Positions 10,001 to 18,085 of a stretch of 40,721 bases of DNA are shown here, one piece after another (the first letter of the stretch is position 1; each line of letters starts with the position of its first letter). The DNA is taken from contig JAJZWL010000007.1 of the NCBI GenBank assembly GCA_021846685.1, positions 1-40,721 of the forward strand, in the 5' to 3' direction. The position numbers and the translations under genes were made by a program. This stretch comes from a bacterium (GTDB taxonomy: Bacteria; Patescibacteriota; Dojkabacteria; JAKAPS01; JAJZLI01). Under the pieces are notes generated by a model. It saw nothing but the letters and a program-made list of their open reading frames with translations, searched no databases and was not told the origin of the DNA.

Positions 10001-13000
10001 CACCACTATTACCAGATCCTCCCATTACATATACATACCCTCCAGACTCTATTGATGTCGCACCATACAACGCTTGAGGCAATGAATTTGATGAAGTCAC
10101 CCAGGAGCCTACTCCTCCTCCTGATAATAACGGTGCATAATATACTGTTGCAACAAGATTTGGGGTATCTCCCCCCATTTCATAGACATACCCATTATAT
10201 ATTACAGAGGTAGATACTGCAGTACCCACAGGAAGGGACTTTGTTGGTGTCCAAGTGCCTAAAGCTCCATTTCCGTTGATTGAGGCATAGTATACTGTTG
10301 CTAAATGAGTATTATCCCAACCTCCTATCTCATATACATATCCATTGTATTCTACTGAGGTGGCACTTCTTTCTGCAGTAGGAAGAGATGTAGTTGTACT
10401 CCATGAACCCACTCCTCCTCCCGATAATAATGGTGCATAATATACTACAGATGAATAACCACTACTACTTGCTCCTCCCATCACATATACATATCCTCCA
10501 TACTCTACTGAGGTGGCATTCTCCAATCCCTGAGGTAAGGAATTTGTAGAAGTCACCCAGGATCCTACTCCCCCTTCCGATAATAATGGTGCATAATATA
10601 CACTCGATGAATAACCACCACTACTATTAACTCCTCCTATCTCATACACATATCCACTATATTCTACTGATGTGGCACGATCCAAACCAAGAGGTAAGCT
10701 AGTAGTAAATGGTATATTTGAATTTGTATCAGTAAATGAGTTGGTAGAGGATATGTACTCTACAGAATTTGTAAAATTAGAATTACCAGATCTGTATATA
10801 ACATATCCTGTCGCACCTGTAACTGCATTCCAGATTAATGATACCTCATTTGTATTTGTTGTTGCTGTATTAGTTGTAGGCGGAGTTGTACTTGTTGTTC
10901 CTGTATTTCCTGAATTTGTATATGAAGTAGTTGACCCTCCTGAAACTGATGTTAGAAATGTCTCGCCTCCTGAACTTGTCCCTTTATATATATTGTAGCC
11001 TGTGGCTCCACTGTCTTGAGTCCACGACAAAGCTATTGGATATGCAGTTGTACCTTCTGCAGCCGAGACTTCAGACGACACTGTACTTTCTCCATTCGGT
11101 GTCGTTGCTGTTATTTCGTAATAATATGTAGTTGATGCCGCAAGATTTGATCCTACACTACCAGATGTGCCTACACTTGCTGCTAATCCCGATGGAGAAG
11201 ATACATCTTGATTTGCATTTACAGTTATACTTTGAGACGGAAATGATTGTCCATTGTTACTCTGTGCTACTACCTCATAATTATATACTCCTGCATTCAG
11301 TTGCCCTCCTCCTATACTTGGTGTCCCCGTAAGACTAGTTGGTGCAGACAGTCCCTGGACATTTAGATCTGCAGAAGTAAGCACAGTATTCCCATTTATA
11401 CTGTTAATCCCTGACCCTGAAGCTGATATATTACCTCCCAGAATTATATCTCCTGTATTATTCAAAACACCTGTGTTATTCAAACCTCCTGTGTTATTCA
11501 AAACACCATAATTATTGATCCCAGAAGACGATATAGTATTTGCAACATTCAAATTTCCCTGAGACGCACCAGATATATTCGCATTCGTATTAGGAGTAAC
11601 AGCTGAAACTCCTCCCCCATTATCAAAATAACTATTAGTTGAAGAAGTCTCTTTATAGGAATTTGTGAAATTAGAATTTACAGATCTATAGATATTATAT
11701 GAACTAGCTCCTAATACAGAATTCCAAGAAAGAGATACTCCATTTGTATCCGTTGTCGCAGTATTAGTTGTAGGTGGAGATGTACTTGATGTTGAGTAAT
11801 TTCCTGAATTTGTATAGGTACCCGTGCCATAAACTGAAGTTAGGTAGGTCTCGCCTCCTGAACTTGTTCCTTTATATATGTTGTATCCCGTTGCCCCACT
11901 AACCTGTGTCCAAGACAGTGTTATCGGATATGCTGTCGTTCCTTCTGTTGCAGAAACCTCATTTGACACTGTAGTTTCCCCATTCGGAGTTGTTGCTGTT
12001 ATTTCGTAATAATATGTAGTTGAAGCTGCAAGATAAGATCCTACACTTCCTGATGTCCCTACTGTTGCTGTTAACCCCGATGGCGCAGATACAGGGACAG
12101 TCGTAACCTTTATACTTTGAGACGGAAATGATTGTCCATTAGTATTAGGTTGATAATCATTAGTATGTTTTGCTACCACCTCATAATAGTATGTTCCAGG
12201 TATCAATGCTCCCCCTGTAACTGAAGGAACGCCTAGTAGACCAGTTGGAGTAGAAACTCCTTCAATATTTAAATTAGCAGATGTGAGTATAGTATTTCCA
12301 TTTATACTGTTATTTCCATAACCAGTAACTTGTAGATTTCCATTTATAGAGGCCTGTCCTTGTATACTAAATTGAGAATAATAAACCGTTGATAAATTAT
12401 TAAAACCTTCTCCTCCCATCACATATACATATCCTCCATATTCTACTGAGGTGGCGTGATTTAACCCTGTAGATACAGGTAAACTATTATTAGATGTTAT
12501 CCACGCACCTATTCCTCCCCCAGATAATAATGGTGCATAATACACACTTGATACCCACCATGAACCACTTCCATATCCTCCCATCACATATACATATCCT
12601 CCATACTCTACTGAGGTGGCTCCCCATATATCATTTAAAGGTAATTGATTACTAGAAGTTGTCCACGCCCCCACTCCTCCTCCAGACAATAATGGAGCAG
12701 AATATGTACTAGATACTTCATTTCCATTATTATTCTCCCCTCCCATGACATATACATACCCCCCATATGTAACTGAGGTAGCTTTACTCAAACTCTGGGG
12801 TAAAGAATTTGAAGAGGTACTCCACGTACCTATTCCTCCTCCGGATAATAATGGTGCATAATATACACTTGACGAATAACAACTATTATCACCACACCCG
12901 CCCATCACATATACATACCCTCCATACTCTACTGAGGTGGCACCATACAATCCCTGAGGTAAGGAATTTGTAGAAGCACTCCACGTACCTACTCCTCCCC

Positions 13001-15119
13001 CGGATAATAATGGTGCAGAATATACTGTCGATACTGAATTAATACCAGTACTCCCTCCTATCTCATATACATATCCTCCATATGTTACTGATGTAGATTG
13101 ATATAGCCCAATATTTGCAGTATTAGTTGTTGGCGGAGTTGTACTTGATGTTGAGGAATTTCCTGAATTTGTATAGGTTGTATTACCTCCATAAACTGAA
13201 GTTAAAAATGTCTCGCCTCCTGAACTTGTTCCTTTATATATATTGTATCCTGTCGCTCCACTAACCTGTGTCCAAGACAGTGTTATCGGATATGCAGTTG
13301 TCCCTTCTGCAGCCGAGACCTCATTTGACACTGTTGTCTCTCCTGCAGTTGTAGTTGCTGTTATTTCATAATAATACGTTGTGGAAGCTGCAAGATAAGA
13401 TCCTACACTCCCTGATGTCCCTACTGTTGCTGTTAACCCCGATGGTGCAGATATCAAAGGAAATGGAGTTGTTGTATTCCAAGAACCAACAGATCCATTT
13501 GTATTTATATGAGCATAATATACTGTGGATAATCCACCATTATTACCATATCCTCCCATCACATATACATATCCTCCATATTCTACTGAGGTCGCACCAT
13601 ACAATGCTTGAGGCAATGAATTTGTAGAGGTACTAAAAGGAGATACTAATATATTATTATTTGCATTAGGATTTATAGTAAGATTTGTACTACTGTTTAG
13701 TACATTTGCCCCGGTATTGTCTAAATTCAAAGATCCACCTCCAAAAGAAGCAGAACCTGGCATATTAATATTCCCAGATGAATTGAGTAAAAGAAGGTTA
13801 TTTGCTCCTACTCCAGAAACATAACCTTGCAACTCAGAAGCGTTAAGTCCCGGGATCTGTATATTAGGATATTGAGTGTAATTACTGTCTCCCTCCTTAG
13901 AATAAGGAGTAGCATGCGTTCCTTGTTCTACCTTTATTCTTTCAAAGGCTATATTTGATCCTCCTGTATTAGGATTTGCAACATTTAACTCTACAACTAC
14001 ATTAGTTGTATTTGTAGGAGTTGTCCCAGTAGCTGTTAAATATGTCCATCCTGTACCTGTTGCAAGTGAAAGAGTCCCTATGTCTGAAAGAAATGTTGTT
14101 CCATTATACGCTTCCAATACAGCACTGTTTGTGCCAGTACTTCCTTCATTAAACAGATAACCAGAGATTGTAATATTTATACCTGCTGGTACTGGCATAG
14201 GTTGGCTTAATAGAGTGGATGCAACAGTTCCACTATAAACAAAAAATGACCCCTGTGCAGATCCGCTATTACCAAGGGATCTCCAACCTTGAGAGATACT
14301 AGAAGAAGGTCCCCAACCTGCTAGACCTAGTTCTGCAGATGAGTTAAATAATAAATTAGGGTTATTCGTACCATTTCTAACTATACCACCTCCAAATGTA
14401 GAGGTTCCTGATAAATTTAAATTACCAGAACTTGTTACACAATTAGAACCAGAGAAAAAACATACACTTCCTGTACCTCCTGCTCCATTTAAAGTAAGTG
14501 TATTTGACCCTGTAGCATTTACCTGAGGATTTGTCCCCGATAAGGTTATATTCCCTGAACTGTTTGTTGAAACTATCTGATTGGGTCCAGTTGAAGAGGA
14601 AGGAGCTAATCCTTGAAGTAAAGCAGAATTCATTGCATATGCTACCTGGTCTATACTCTGCAAAGGAGTCATTTGTCCATCCCAAGCACTTCCGTTATAT
14701 ACATTTACTCCTAGATAATAATTAGAAGATCCTTCAAATAAAGATCCATTCAAAGCTGCATATTTACCTAATTGAGCATTAAAAACTCCATTCTGTATTT
14801 CATTTGAAGGAGTATTAGTATTAGAAAAATACTGAACCTCTCCCCATAAAGCTCCATTTAAAGTTCCCGAAGTAGTACCTGCAGAACTCATTGCTCCTGC
14901 AGTAGGAGTTGCACCAGGTGCACAGGCTGTGGCTATAGTAGAGTTATATATACAAAACGCTACATAATAATTACCAGTTAATAAATCCCCTTGAGAATTC
15001 TCTAGTCTTCCTTGATAATTTAATAACGATTGAGGAGCTGCAAATACACTACTAGACGCTAAAAATATAGCAAACGATATGCTTAATAATATAATAAGTG
15101 CCTTACGTAAAATTCTCAT
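4017..15119 (-). CDS. Giant (3700 aa) secreted Kelch-repeat / FN3-like surface protein with tailspike-like C-terminus
   Basis: Signal peptide ending ...VFA|A and YQGRL..LWGE..GVF..LG N-domain. CBM-like segment (NLLFNSS...IKVEQGTHATPYS). 30 GYVY(E/V)xGG Kelch repeats in 5 groups of 6, and 9 FN3-like modules. C-terminal ADLAEN...GVISTNPG...ALAGRVLVKV. Confidence 0.9.
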   Translation of the reverse strand: MRILRKALIILLSISFAIFLASSSVFAAPQSLLNYQGRLENSQGDLLTGNYYVAFCIYNSTIATACAPGATPTAGAMSSAGTTSGTLNGALWGEVQYFSNTNTPSNEIQNGVFNAQLGKYAALNGSLFEGSSNYYLGVNVYNGSAWDGQMTPLQSIDQVAYAMNSALLQGLAPSSSTGPNQIVSTNSSGNITLSGTNPQVNATGSNTLTLNGAGGTGSVCFFSGSNCVTSSGNLNLSGTSTFGGGIVRNGTNNPNLLFNSSAELGLAGWGPSSSISQGWRSLGNSGSAQGSFFVYSGTVASTLLSQPMPVPAGINITISGYLFNEGSTGTNSAVLEAYNGTTFLSDIGTLSLATGTGWTYLTATGTTPTNTTNVVVELNVANPNTGGSNIAFERIKVEQGTHATPYSKEGDSNYTQYPNIQIPGLNASELQGYVSGVGANNLLLLNSSGNINMPGSASFGGGSLNLDNTGANVLNSSTNLTINPNANNNILVSPFSTSTNSLPQALYGATSVEYGGYVYVMGGYGNNGGLSTVYYAHINTNGSVGSWNTTTPFPLISAPSGLTATVGTSGSVGSYLAASTTYYYEITATTTAGETTVSNEVSAAEGTTAYPITLSWTQVSGATGYNIYKGTSSGGETFLTSVYGGNTTYTNSGNSSTSSTTPPTTNTANIGLYQSTSVTYGGYVYEIGGSTGINSVSTVYSAPLLSGGGVGTWSASTNSLPQGLYGATSVEYGGYVYVMGGCGDNSCYSSSVYYAPLLSGGGIGTWSTSSNSLPQSLSKATSVTYGGYVYVMGGENNNGNEVSSTYSAPLLSGGGVGAWTTSSNQLPLNDIWGATSVEYGGYVYVMGGYGSGSWWVSSVYYAPLLSGGGIGAWITSNNSLPVSTGLNHATSVEYGGYVYVMGGEGFNNLSTVYYSQFSIQGQASINGNLQVTGYGNNSINGNTILTSANLNIEGVSTPTGLLGVPSVTGGALIPGTYYYEVVAKHTNDYQPNTNGQSFPSQSIKVTTVPVSAPSGLTATVGTSGSVGSYLAASTTYYYEITATTPNGETTVSNEVSATEGTTAYPITLSWTQVSGATGYNIYKGTSSGGETYLTSVYGTGTYTNSGNYSTSSTSPPTTNTATTDTNGVSLSWNSVLGASSYNIYRSVNSNFTNSYKETSSTNSYFDNGGGVSAVTPNTNANISGASQGNLNVANTISSSGINNYGVLNNTGGLNNTGVLNNTGDIILGGNISASGSGINSINGNTVLTSADLNVQGLSAPTSLTGTPSIGGGQLNAGVYNYEVVAQSNNGQSFPSQSITVNANQDVSSPSGLAASVGTSGSVGSNLAASTTYYYEITATTPNGESTVSSEVSAAEGTTAYPIALSWTQDSGATGYNIYKGTSSGGETFLTSVSGGSTTSYTNSGNTGTTSTTPPTTNTATTNTNEVSLIWNAVTGATGYVIYRSGNSNFTNSVEYISSTNSFTDTNSNIPFTTSLPLGLDRATSVEYSGYVYEIGGVNSSGGYSSSVYYAPLLSEGGVGSWVTSTNSLPQGLENATSVEYGGYVYVMGGASSSGYSSVVYYAPLLSGGGVGSWSTTTSLPTAERSATSVEYNGYVYEIGGWDNTHLATVYYASINGNGALGTWTPTKSLPVGTAVSTSVIYNGYVYEMGGDTPNLVATVYYAPLLSGGGVGSWVTSSNSLPQALYGATSIESGGYVYVMGGSGNSGELSTVYYAPLLSGGGVGSWVTSSNSLPQELWGATSVTYGGYVYVLGGRNGNLTHVSTVYFFSLSSSGEIVNENVSASPQSALSVTQNNGGNSNIANNLTVGGNSFIGGSTSIGGNISLTNSNGSNISSASSLTLNSTNFGLNMGSVNTSNLGQLSNFNTTTSLPQGLQGSTSVTYAGFVYEIGGDNSSNLPVTSVYYAQTKSNGSLGAWTATTPLSSANQNAISVEYNGYIYEMGGYNSKNVYYAKIQSNGSLGAWNSTTAIPELTEFSTSVVYSGYIYVIGGFNGGYVSTVYYAQIGSNGALGSWSTTTSLPQAIIYATSAEYGGYIYLFGGQNNNGSYHALQSVYYAKIGSNGVLGSWNTAVSLPQNIIHASSIEYKGYVYVIGGYTGSTYLSSVYYSQIQSNGVLGAWGTTTPLSQGIFYSTSIESNGYVYEIGGQGSVGGTYLNSVYYSQIYSTNSGIFSVTSNGSNGANNTLISLGQTPSSDLTVNENVLLASSDLNVQGLPAPTGLASGTTSNTGGILSSGTYYYEVVAQSNNGQSFPSKAMTVKTVPISVPSGLAAAVGTSGSVGSNLAASTTYYYEITATTPNGESTVSSEVSAAEGTTAYPITLSWTQDAGATGYNIYKGTASGGETFLASVSGGTTVTYTDSGSVATTSTTPPTTNTATTNTNQIPLTWNAVTGATGYIIYRSSNTNFTNSVEYTSNTNSYTDTGVLSTTSLPVATQGATSVEYNGYVYEIGGLNSGSDPLSTVDYASINSNGTLGSWTATTPLPLISVPSGLAASVGTSGSVGSDLAASTTYYYKITATTTAGETTVSNEVSAAEGTTAYPIALSWTQDTGATGYNIYKGTASGGETFLASVSGGGTVSYTDSGSVATTSTAPPTTNTANVGIGYATSVEYNGYVYEIGGYNGSSTVSTVDYAPINSNGTLGSWTATTSLPAATDGATSVEYNGYVYEIGGYTTAATSTVEYALINSNGTLGTWQSTTSLPQAIGSQPDSVTYNGYVYVVGGFSYGTNLALTTVYYAPINTDGTIGRWRTTSSLPNIGISSSQSTVESGGYIYEIGGGSGGSTAYSSVNYAPINSNGSLGPWTATTSLPVPIRNATTVVYNSYAYEIGGVNGNSSETVSTVYYFKALKEGGLSQNTKGSVLTNLQTAQNNGGNINLSGDMNIGGGLSVQGASNFGGAINLTNPSNTLITAASPLDIQSSGFSLNFGKNNYNSTPNPAISSWPSTTPFPLISVPSGLAAAVGTSGTVGADLAASTTYYYEITATTTAGETTVSNEVSAAEGTTAYPIALSWTQDTGATGYNIYKGTSSGGEKFLASVSGGTTVTYTDSGSVATTSTAPPTANTANVGISAGTSVTYGGYVYEIGGYSGSNWLSTVYYAAINGNGTLGSWTPTTSLPVAADYATSVEYNGYVYEIGGSNSSGYLSSVYYAAINGNGTLGAWTSTTSLPQTTFQATSVEYNGYVYEIGGQNGSSTVSTVDYAPINSNGALGTWTSTTSIPVATSEATSVEYNGYVYEIGGQNGSSTVSTVDYAPINSNGTLGAWTATTSIPVAIRDATSIVYNGYIYEIGGQNSSNAYVSTVDYAPINSNGTLGSWTSTSSLPAATGWGTSVEYNGYVYEIGGQNNSGNVSTVYYSSLLTHSTSPGDFTISSNISGNYKDIFSLDKYGNAIFAGSITTGGIPADLAENVIGSNGASAADVVSISGTHSASNSINNFVAIPTTHPYSQNTLGVISTNPGITLHQQYLPGSIPLALAGRVLVKVTNFNGAINTGDMITGSIFSGYGQDATSPGQVVGMALNSLSSSTPGASTFTYNGKTYLRGKILMLVKNEYYNPIMSSSGVMSVLSMSSNGNLNITGNTNISGTLDITGDFLIAGHIVPIGVLPKISPTASSGTGATTTLTAGSTDISGNITLTTGSSPALGNQFNLKFTSPYKMTPIVIITPNNALTGASNLGVYVSETTTGFSINFTKAPEQNSTYSWNYVVIQ
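5940..13454 (-). repeat. Six intragenic ~340-nt repeats encoding FN3-like module A
   Basis: Copies at about 5940-6281, 7332-7673, 7998-8339, 10863-11204, 11757-12092 and 13116-13454 (PSGL..LAASTTYYYEITATT..GETTVSNEVSAAEGTTAYPI.LSWTQ..GATGYNIYKGT..PPTTNTA). Confidence 0.92.
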
Positions 15120-15143
15120 ACAATATATTGAATTTATATATAT

Positions 15144-15172
15144 AATATATGGAATTTATAAGAATTTGTCAA
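15144..15172 (-). promoter_or_regulatory. sigma70 promoter of the giant gene
   Basis: TTGACA-17 nt-TATATT about 24 nt upstream of ATG 15119. Confidence 0.6.
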
Positions 15173-15240
15173 TAAAAAAATTGGGGGATTTATTAAATAA
15201 ATATAATACCTAAACAAAAATGACTAATTTTTATTATTAT

Positions 15241-15651
15241 TTATTTGGATCTTTTTCTTTTTTGAGGATTTTTTGCAGAACTTGTTTTTTTACCTTTATT
15301 AGTTCTATTTAAAGATTTTTTGCTATTTGTATTTTTCACTTTTTTGACTACAGGAGTAGTATCTTTTTTACTAACATTTTTTTTACTTTTAGAATTAGAA
15401 ACTGTAGTTTTTGAAATTGCATTTTTTGCAACAACTTCTTTTTCAGATTTCATTTCTGGAATTTTCGATTTTTCAGCTTTCTTAACAGCCAATTTAGAAA
15501 AAAATCTAAAATCACCATAAAAAGCAGAAACTATTAGATATAAACCAACTAGAACAAAAATAACTACTGCTTCAATAAATACAGAAGAAATACCTACTAA
15601 AAGGATTAAAAGACCTACTGCAAATATTAAAAACTTTTTATAAATACTCAT
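15241..15651 (-). CDS. Small membrane protein with Lys-rich tail
   Basis: Two N-terminal hydrophobic segments, then a K/S/N-rich low-complexity tail. Confidence 0.7.
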   Translation of the reverse strand: MSIYKKFLIFAVGLLILLVGISSVFIEAVVIFVLVGLYLIVSAFYGDFRFFSKLAVKKAEKSKIPEMKSEKEVVAKNAISKTTVSNSKSKKNVSKKDTTPVVKKVKNTNSKKSLNRTNKGKKTSSAKNPQKRKRSK

Positions 15652-15672
15652 ATAGTTTAGTATGATAACATA

Positions 15673-16320
15673 TTATGTCTTATCTCTCAAGACGTTCTTC
15701 AACGCAGGTATATCTGTATTCCATTTATCTTCAAAAAACCACTCTTCTCCCTTAAATTGTAGCTTATATAAAGACTCCCTTTTATATACACTTCCTAGAT
15801 ATACATATTCCATATTTTCATCCTTTGCATACTCTATGGTTTTAGTCATCATACCTATACCTAGCCCCATTGAGATATACTCTGTGTCATAAAAAGGATA
15901 TGCGTAATGCAAAATTTTGTCTTTCAAAAAACATATACAATACCCTACCGTTCTTGCTTCTGTGTTAAATTTTAAAATAGTATTAAATGAAGTTTTTTTG
16001 TTTTTCACTATATCTTTTATTTTATTTGCAGACATAGTATTTTTCCCAAATTTTTGAGAATAAAAAGTTTTTCCCATAGCATGTATATTCCAGTCATAAT
16101 CTAGAAGGGGTAAATTCAATACTTCAAATCCTAGATTTGGATTTTTTCTTAAAACTCTTCTATTTTCAGAACTTAAAGAAAAATCTTTAATAGATACTCT
16201 TAAAGATTGGATTTTTTGCATTACACCCTCTCCTTTTCTTGTTAGGACAAAGCCTCTGTCATACATTGAAGGTATCTTGTCTTCATCTTTTTCTATAACT
16301 TCTTTTTCGTATATATACAT
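15673..16320 (-). CDS. Arginyl/leucyl-tRNA-protein transferase-like (ATE_C/Bpt, GNAT fold)
   Basis: SLRV....F.LS...RRVLRKN, YPFYD.....GLG, EYAK....YVYLG and YKLQF are ATE-family motifs. Confidence 0.75.
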   Translation of the reverse strand: MYIYEKEVIEKDEDKIPSMYDRGFVLTRKGEGVMQKIQSLRVSIKDFSLSSENRRVLRKNPNLGFEVLNLPLLDYDWNIHAMGKTFYSQKFGKNTMSANKIKDIVKNKKTSFNTILKFNTEARTVGYCICFLKDKILHYAYPFYDTEYISMGLGIGMMTKTIEYAKDENMEYVYLGSVYKRESLYKLQFKGEEWFFEDKWNTDIPALKNVLRDKT

Positions 16321-16375
16321 AACTTATATATTATATCAAAAAAATATAGATAATCTTAAAAACCTGAGGAATTAT

Positions 16376-16966
16376 TTATTTTTTAGGAGTACTTGTACTA
16401 CTGTGAGTCCTTAAATTACTAGGGATACTAGACTTGCTAGGGGTACTAGATGTATTAGGAGTACTTGCGTGTGTTTTGTAGTAATTAATAATTGCTTTAT
16501 ATACTTGAGATTGTTTAGATAAATTTTCAGTGAATAAAACATTATTCCTATTAATCTTCATTTCATCTAAAGCACCATATGAGTATGTAGGTGTTAAATG
16601 AGACAAAGAATATTGAGGAGAAGCAGACTTAGTCTTAGCACTTGTACTGGAAGCACTTAAAAAGAATACATTTTTAAGATACAGGGAAGAAGAACTCTCA
16701 CCTACGACTTTACCAAAATATATGTTTAAATTAGAATCATTTAAAACTACTGCTTGATATCCTGAATTATTTTTCTGAGAAGCATAAGCTGCTGCTAAAT
16801 TCCCTTGGGAAAAAAATAATGACTTTAGAATAAGTACTATAGCTATTAATATTACTACCGCAAGAACTACAGGTAACACTAATTTATTATTTTTCTTCTC
16901 TGAAAAATCGGAAGGTGCATCCTTTGTTTCTGCATATTTTGAAAAATTTGTCTCCAACGTACTCAT
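16376..16966 (-). CDS. Membrane-anchored hypothetical protein, CPR-type (Sm-like fold suspected)
   Basis: Single TM, then YQAVVL...IYFGK...LYLKNVFFL...DEMKINRNNVLFTENL...SQVYKAI. Confidence 0.7.
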   Translation of the reverse strand: MSTLETNFSKYAETKDAPSDFSEKKNNKLVLPVVLAVVILIAIVLILKSLFFSQGNLAAAYASQKNNSGYQAVVLNDSNLNIYFGKVVGESSSSLYLKNVFFLSASSTSAKTKSASPQYSLSHLTPTYSYGALDEMKINRNNVLFTENLSKQSQVYKAIINYYKTHASTPNTSSTPSKSSIPSNLRTHSSTSTPKK

Positions 16967-17185
16967 ACTCAGTATACTATTTTAAAAAGAATAAAAAGTC
17001 AAGATTACATATGGGAGACTATGCAAATATATTAATTTACACTTTGCAATGGTAATGGAAATAAATAAGGTTATACTACTGATAATAATATAATAATATT
17101 TATATAGCATATATATCTACTTCACGTACATATATGCATATATTCTAGCTATGCCTATTGAAATTATACTTTAAATAGACAATTA

Positions 17186-18085
17186 TTGTATTATAAATTT
17201 CTTTATATGATATTATATATACTTATGGGAGGAATTTTTTTTCTATTAATGTATTCTTTACTTTTAGGTGTAATTCACGGAATTACGCCAGATGAGCATA
17301 CCTGGCCAATTACATTTAGCTATGCAATTGGAGCTTTCTCTACAAAAAAAGGTATATTTGTAGCCTTCCTATTTACCCTAGCCTTTACTGTACAAAGGGC
17401 GATAGCATCTGAAATAGTATATTTAGCTGTTATAAACGTAAAAATCTTTTATTCCATAAACGGATACATATATACAATAGTGGGTATAGCAATGCTAATA
17501 GCAGGGTTATATGTCATGAATAAGCGCAGTATACTTCATGTTGACCTATTTCCATCATCTTGGCTAGGGAAAAAACATACTCATGATACAACTGAGCATG
17601 TAAATGAGATTAAACCTTCTATGGCTTTAATCCATGGATTTATAGCAGGATGGGGATTTGGAGCATTTGCAATAATACTATATACAATAATAGTCCCTCA
17701 AATGCCTAATGCATATGTAGCATTTCTTCCTGGAGTAATGTTTGGACTAGGAACAATGGTTGTACAAGCTATATTTGGAGGATTTTTTGGTCGATGGATT
17801 AGAAAAATGAAACTTCCTGAGAAAAAAGGAATAGAAGTAGCCTCAAAAATTGCAGGGACTACACTTACTTATGGAGGTTTAGTGTTCATCCTAGGCGGAA
17901 TTATTACTCTAGCACTTCCTAAAATTGCTAACTTCTCTATAAATACAGGGATTAATGTAGGGAATCTCCATCATTTAGGTATAGGGTTTGTTATGGTAAC
18001 ATTCACAGTACTTGTAATAGGAATCGGTTCTCTAATTCACTTTGTAAGAGTAGTAAAAAAAGAATATGAAACAGATGGAAAATAA
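17186..18085 (+). CDS. NiCoT/UreH/DsbD_2-like membrane permease (start may be 17225)
   Basis: LLGVIHGITPDEHTWP and LIHGFIAGWG motifs, His-rich loop (HTHDTTEH), about 7 TM segments. Confidence 0.7.
   Translation: MYYKFLYMILYILMGGIFFLLMYSLLLGVIHGITPDEHTWPITFSYAIGAFSTKKGIFVAFLFTLAFTVQRAIASEIVYLAVINVKIFYSINGYIYTIVGIAMLIAGLYVMNKRSILHVDLFPSSWLGKKHTHDTTEHVNEIKPSMALIHGFIAGWGFGAFAIILYTIIVPQMPNAYVAFLPGVMFGLGTMVVQAIFGGFFGRWIRKMKLPEKKGIEVASKIAGTTLTYGGLVFILGGIITLALPKIANFSINTGINVGNLHHLGIGFVMVTFTVLVIGIGSLIHFVRVVKKEYETDGK

Noticed and set aside
5070-13625. Regularly spaced DNA repeats as a CRISPR array
   Set aside because: They are in-frame Kelch codon repeats with third-position variation inside one ORF; no cas genes are present.
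4017-15119. Diversity-generating retroelement or prophage
   Set aside because: No reverse transcriptase and no non-coding template repeat seen. No capsid, terminase or integrase genes. The protein has a signal peptide.
17078-17090. 12-nt match (CTGATAATAATA) to the ncRNA loop region as a target
   Set aside because: Short and low-complexity; expected by chance in AT-rich DNA.
17130-17143. Palindrome ATATATGCATATAT upstream of the permease as a metal-regulator operator
   Set aside because: Low-complexity AT dinucleotide context and no regulator gene nearby.
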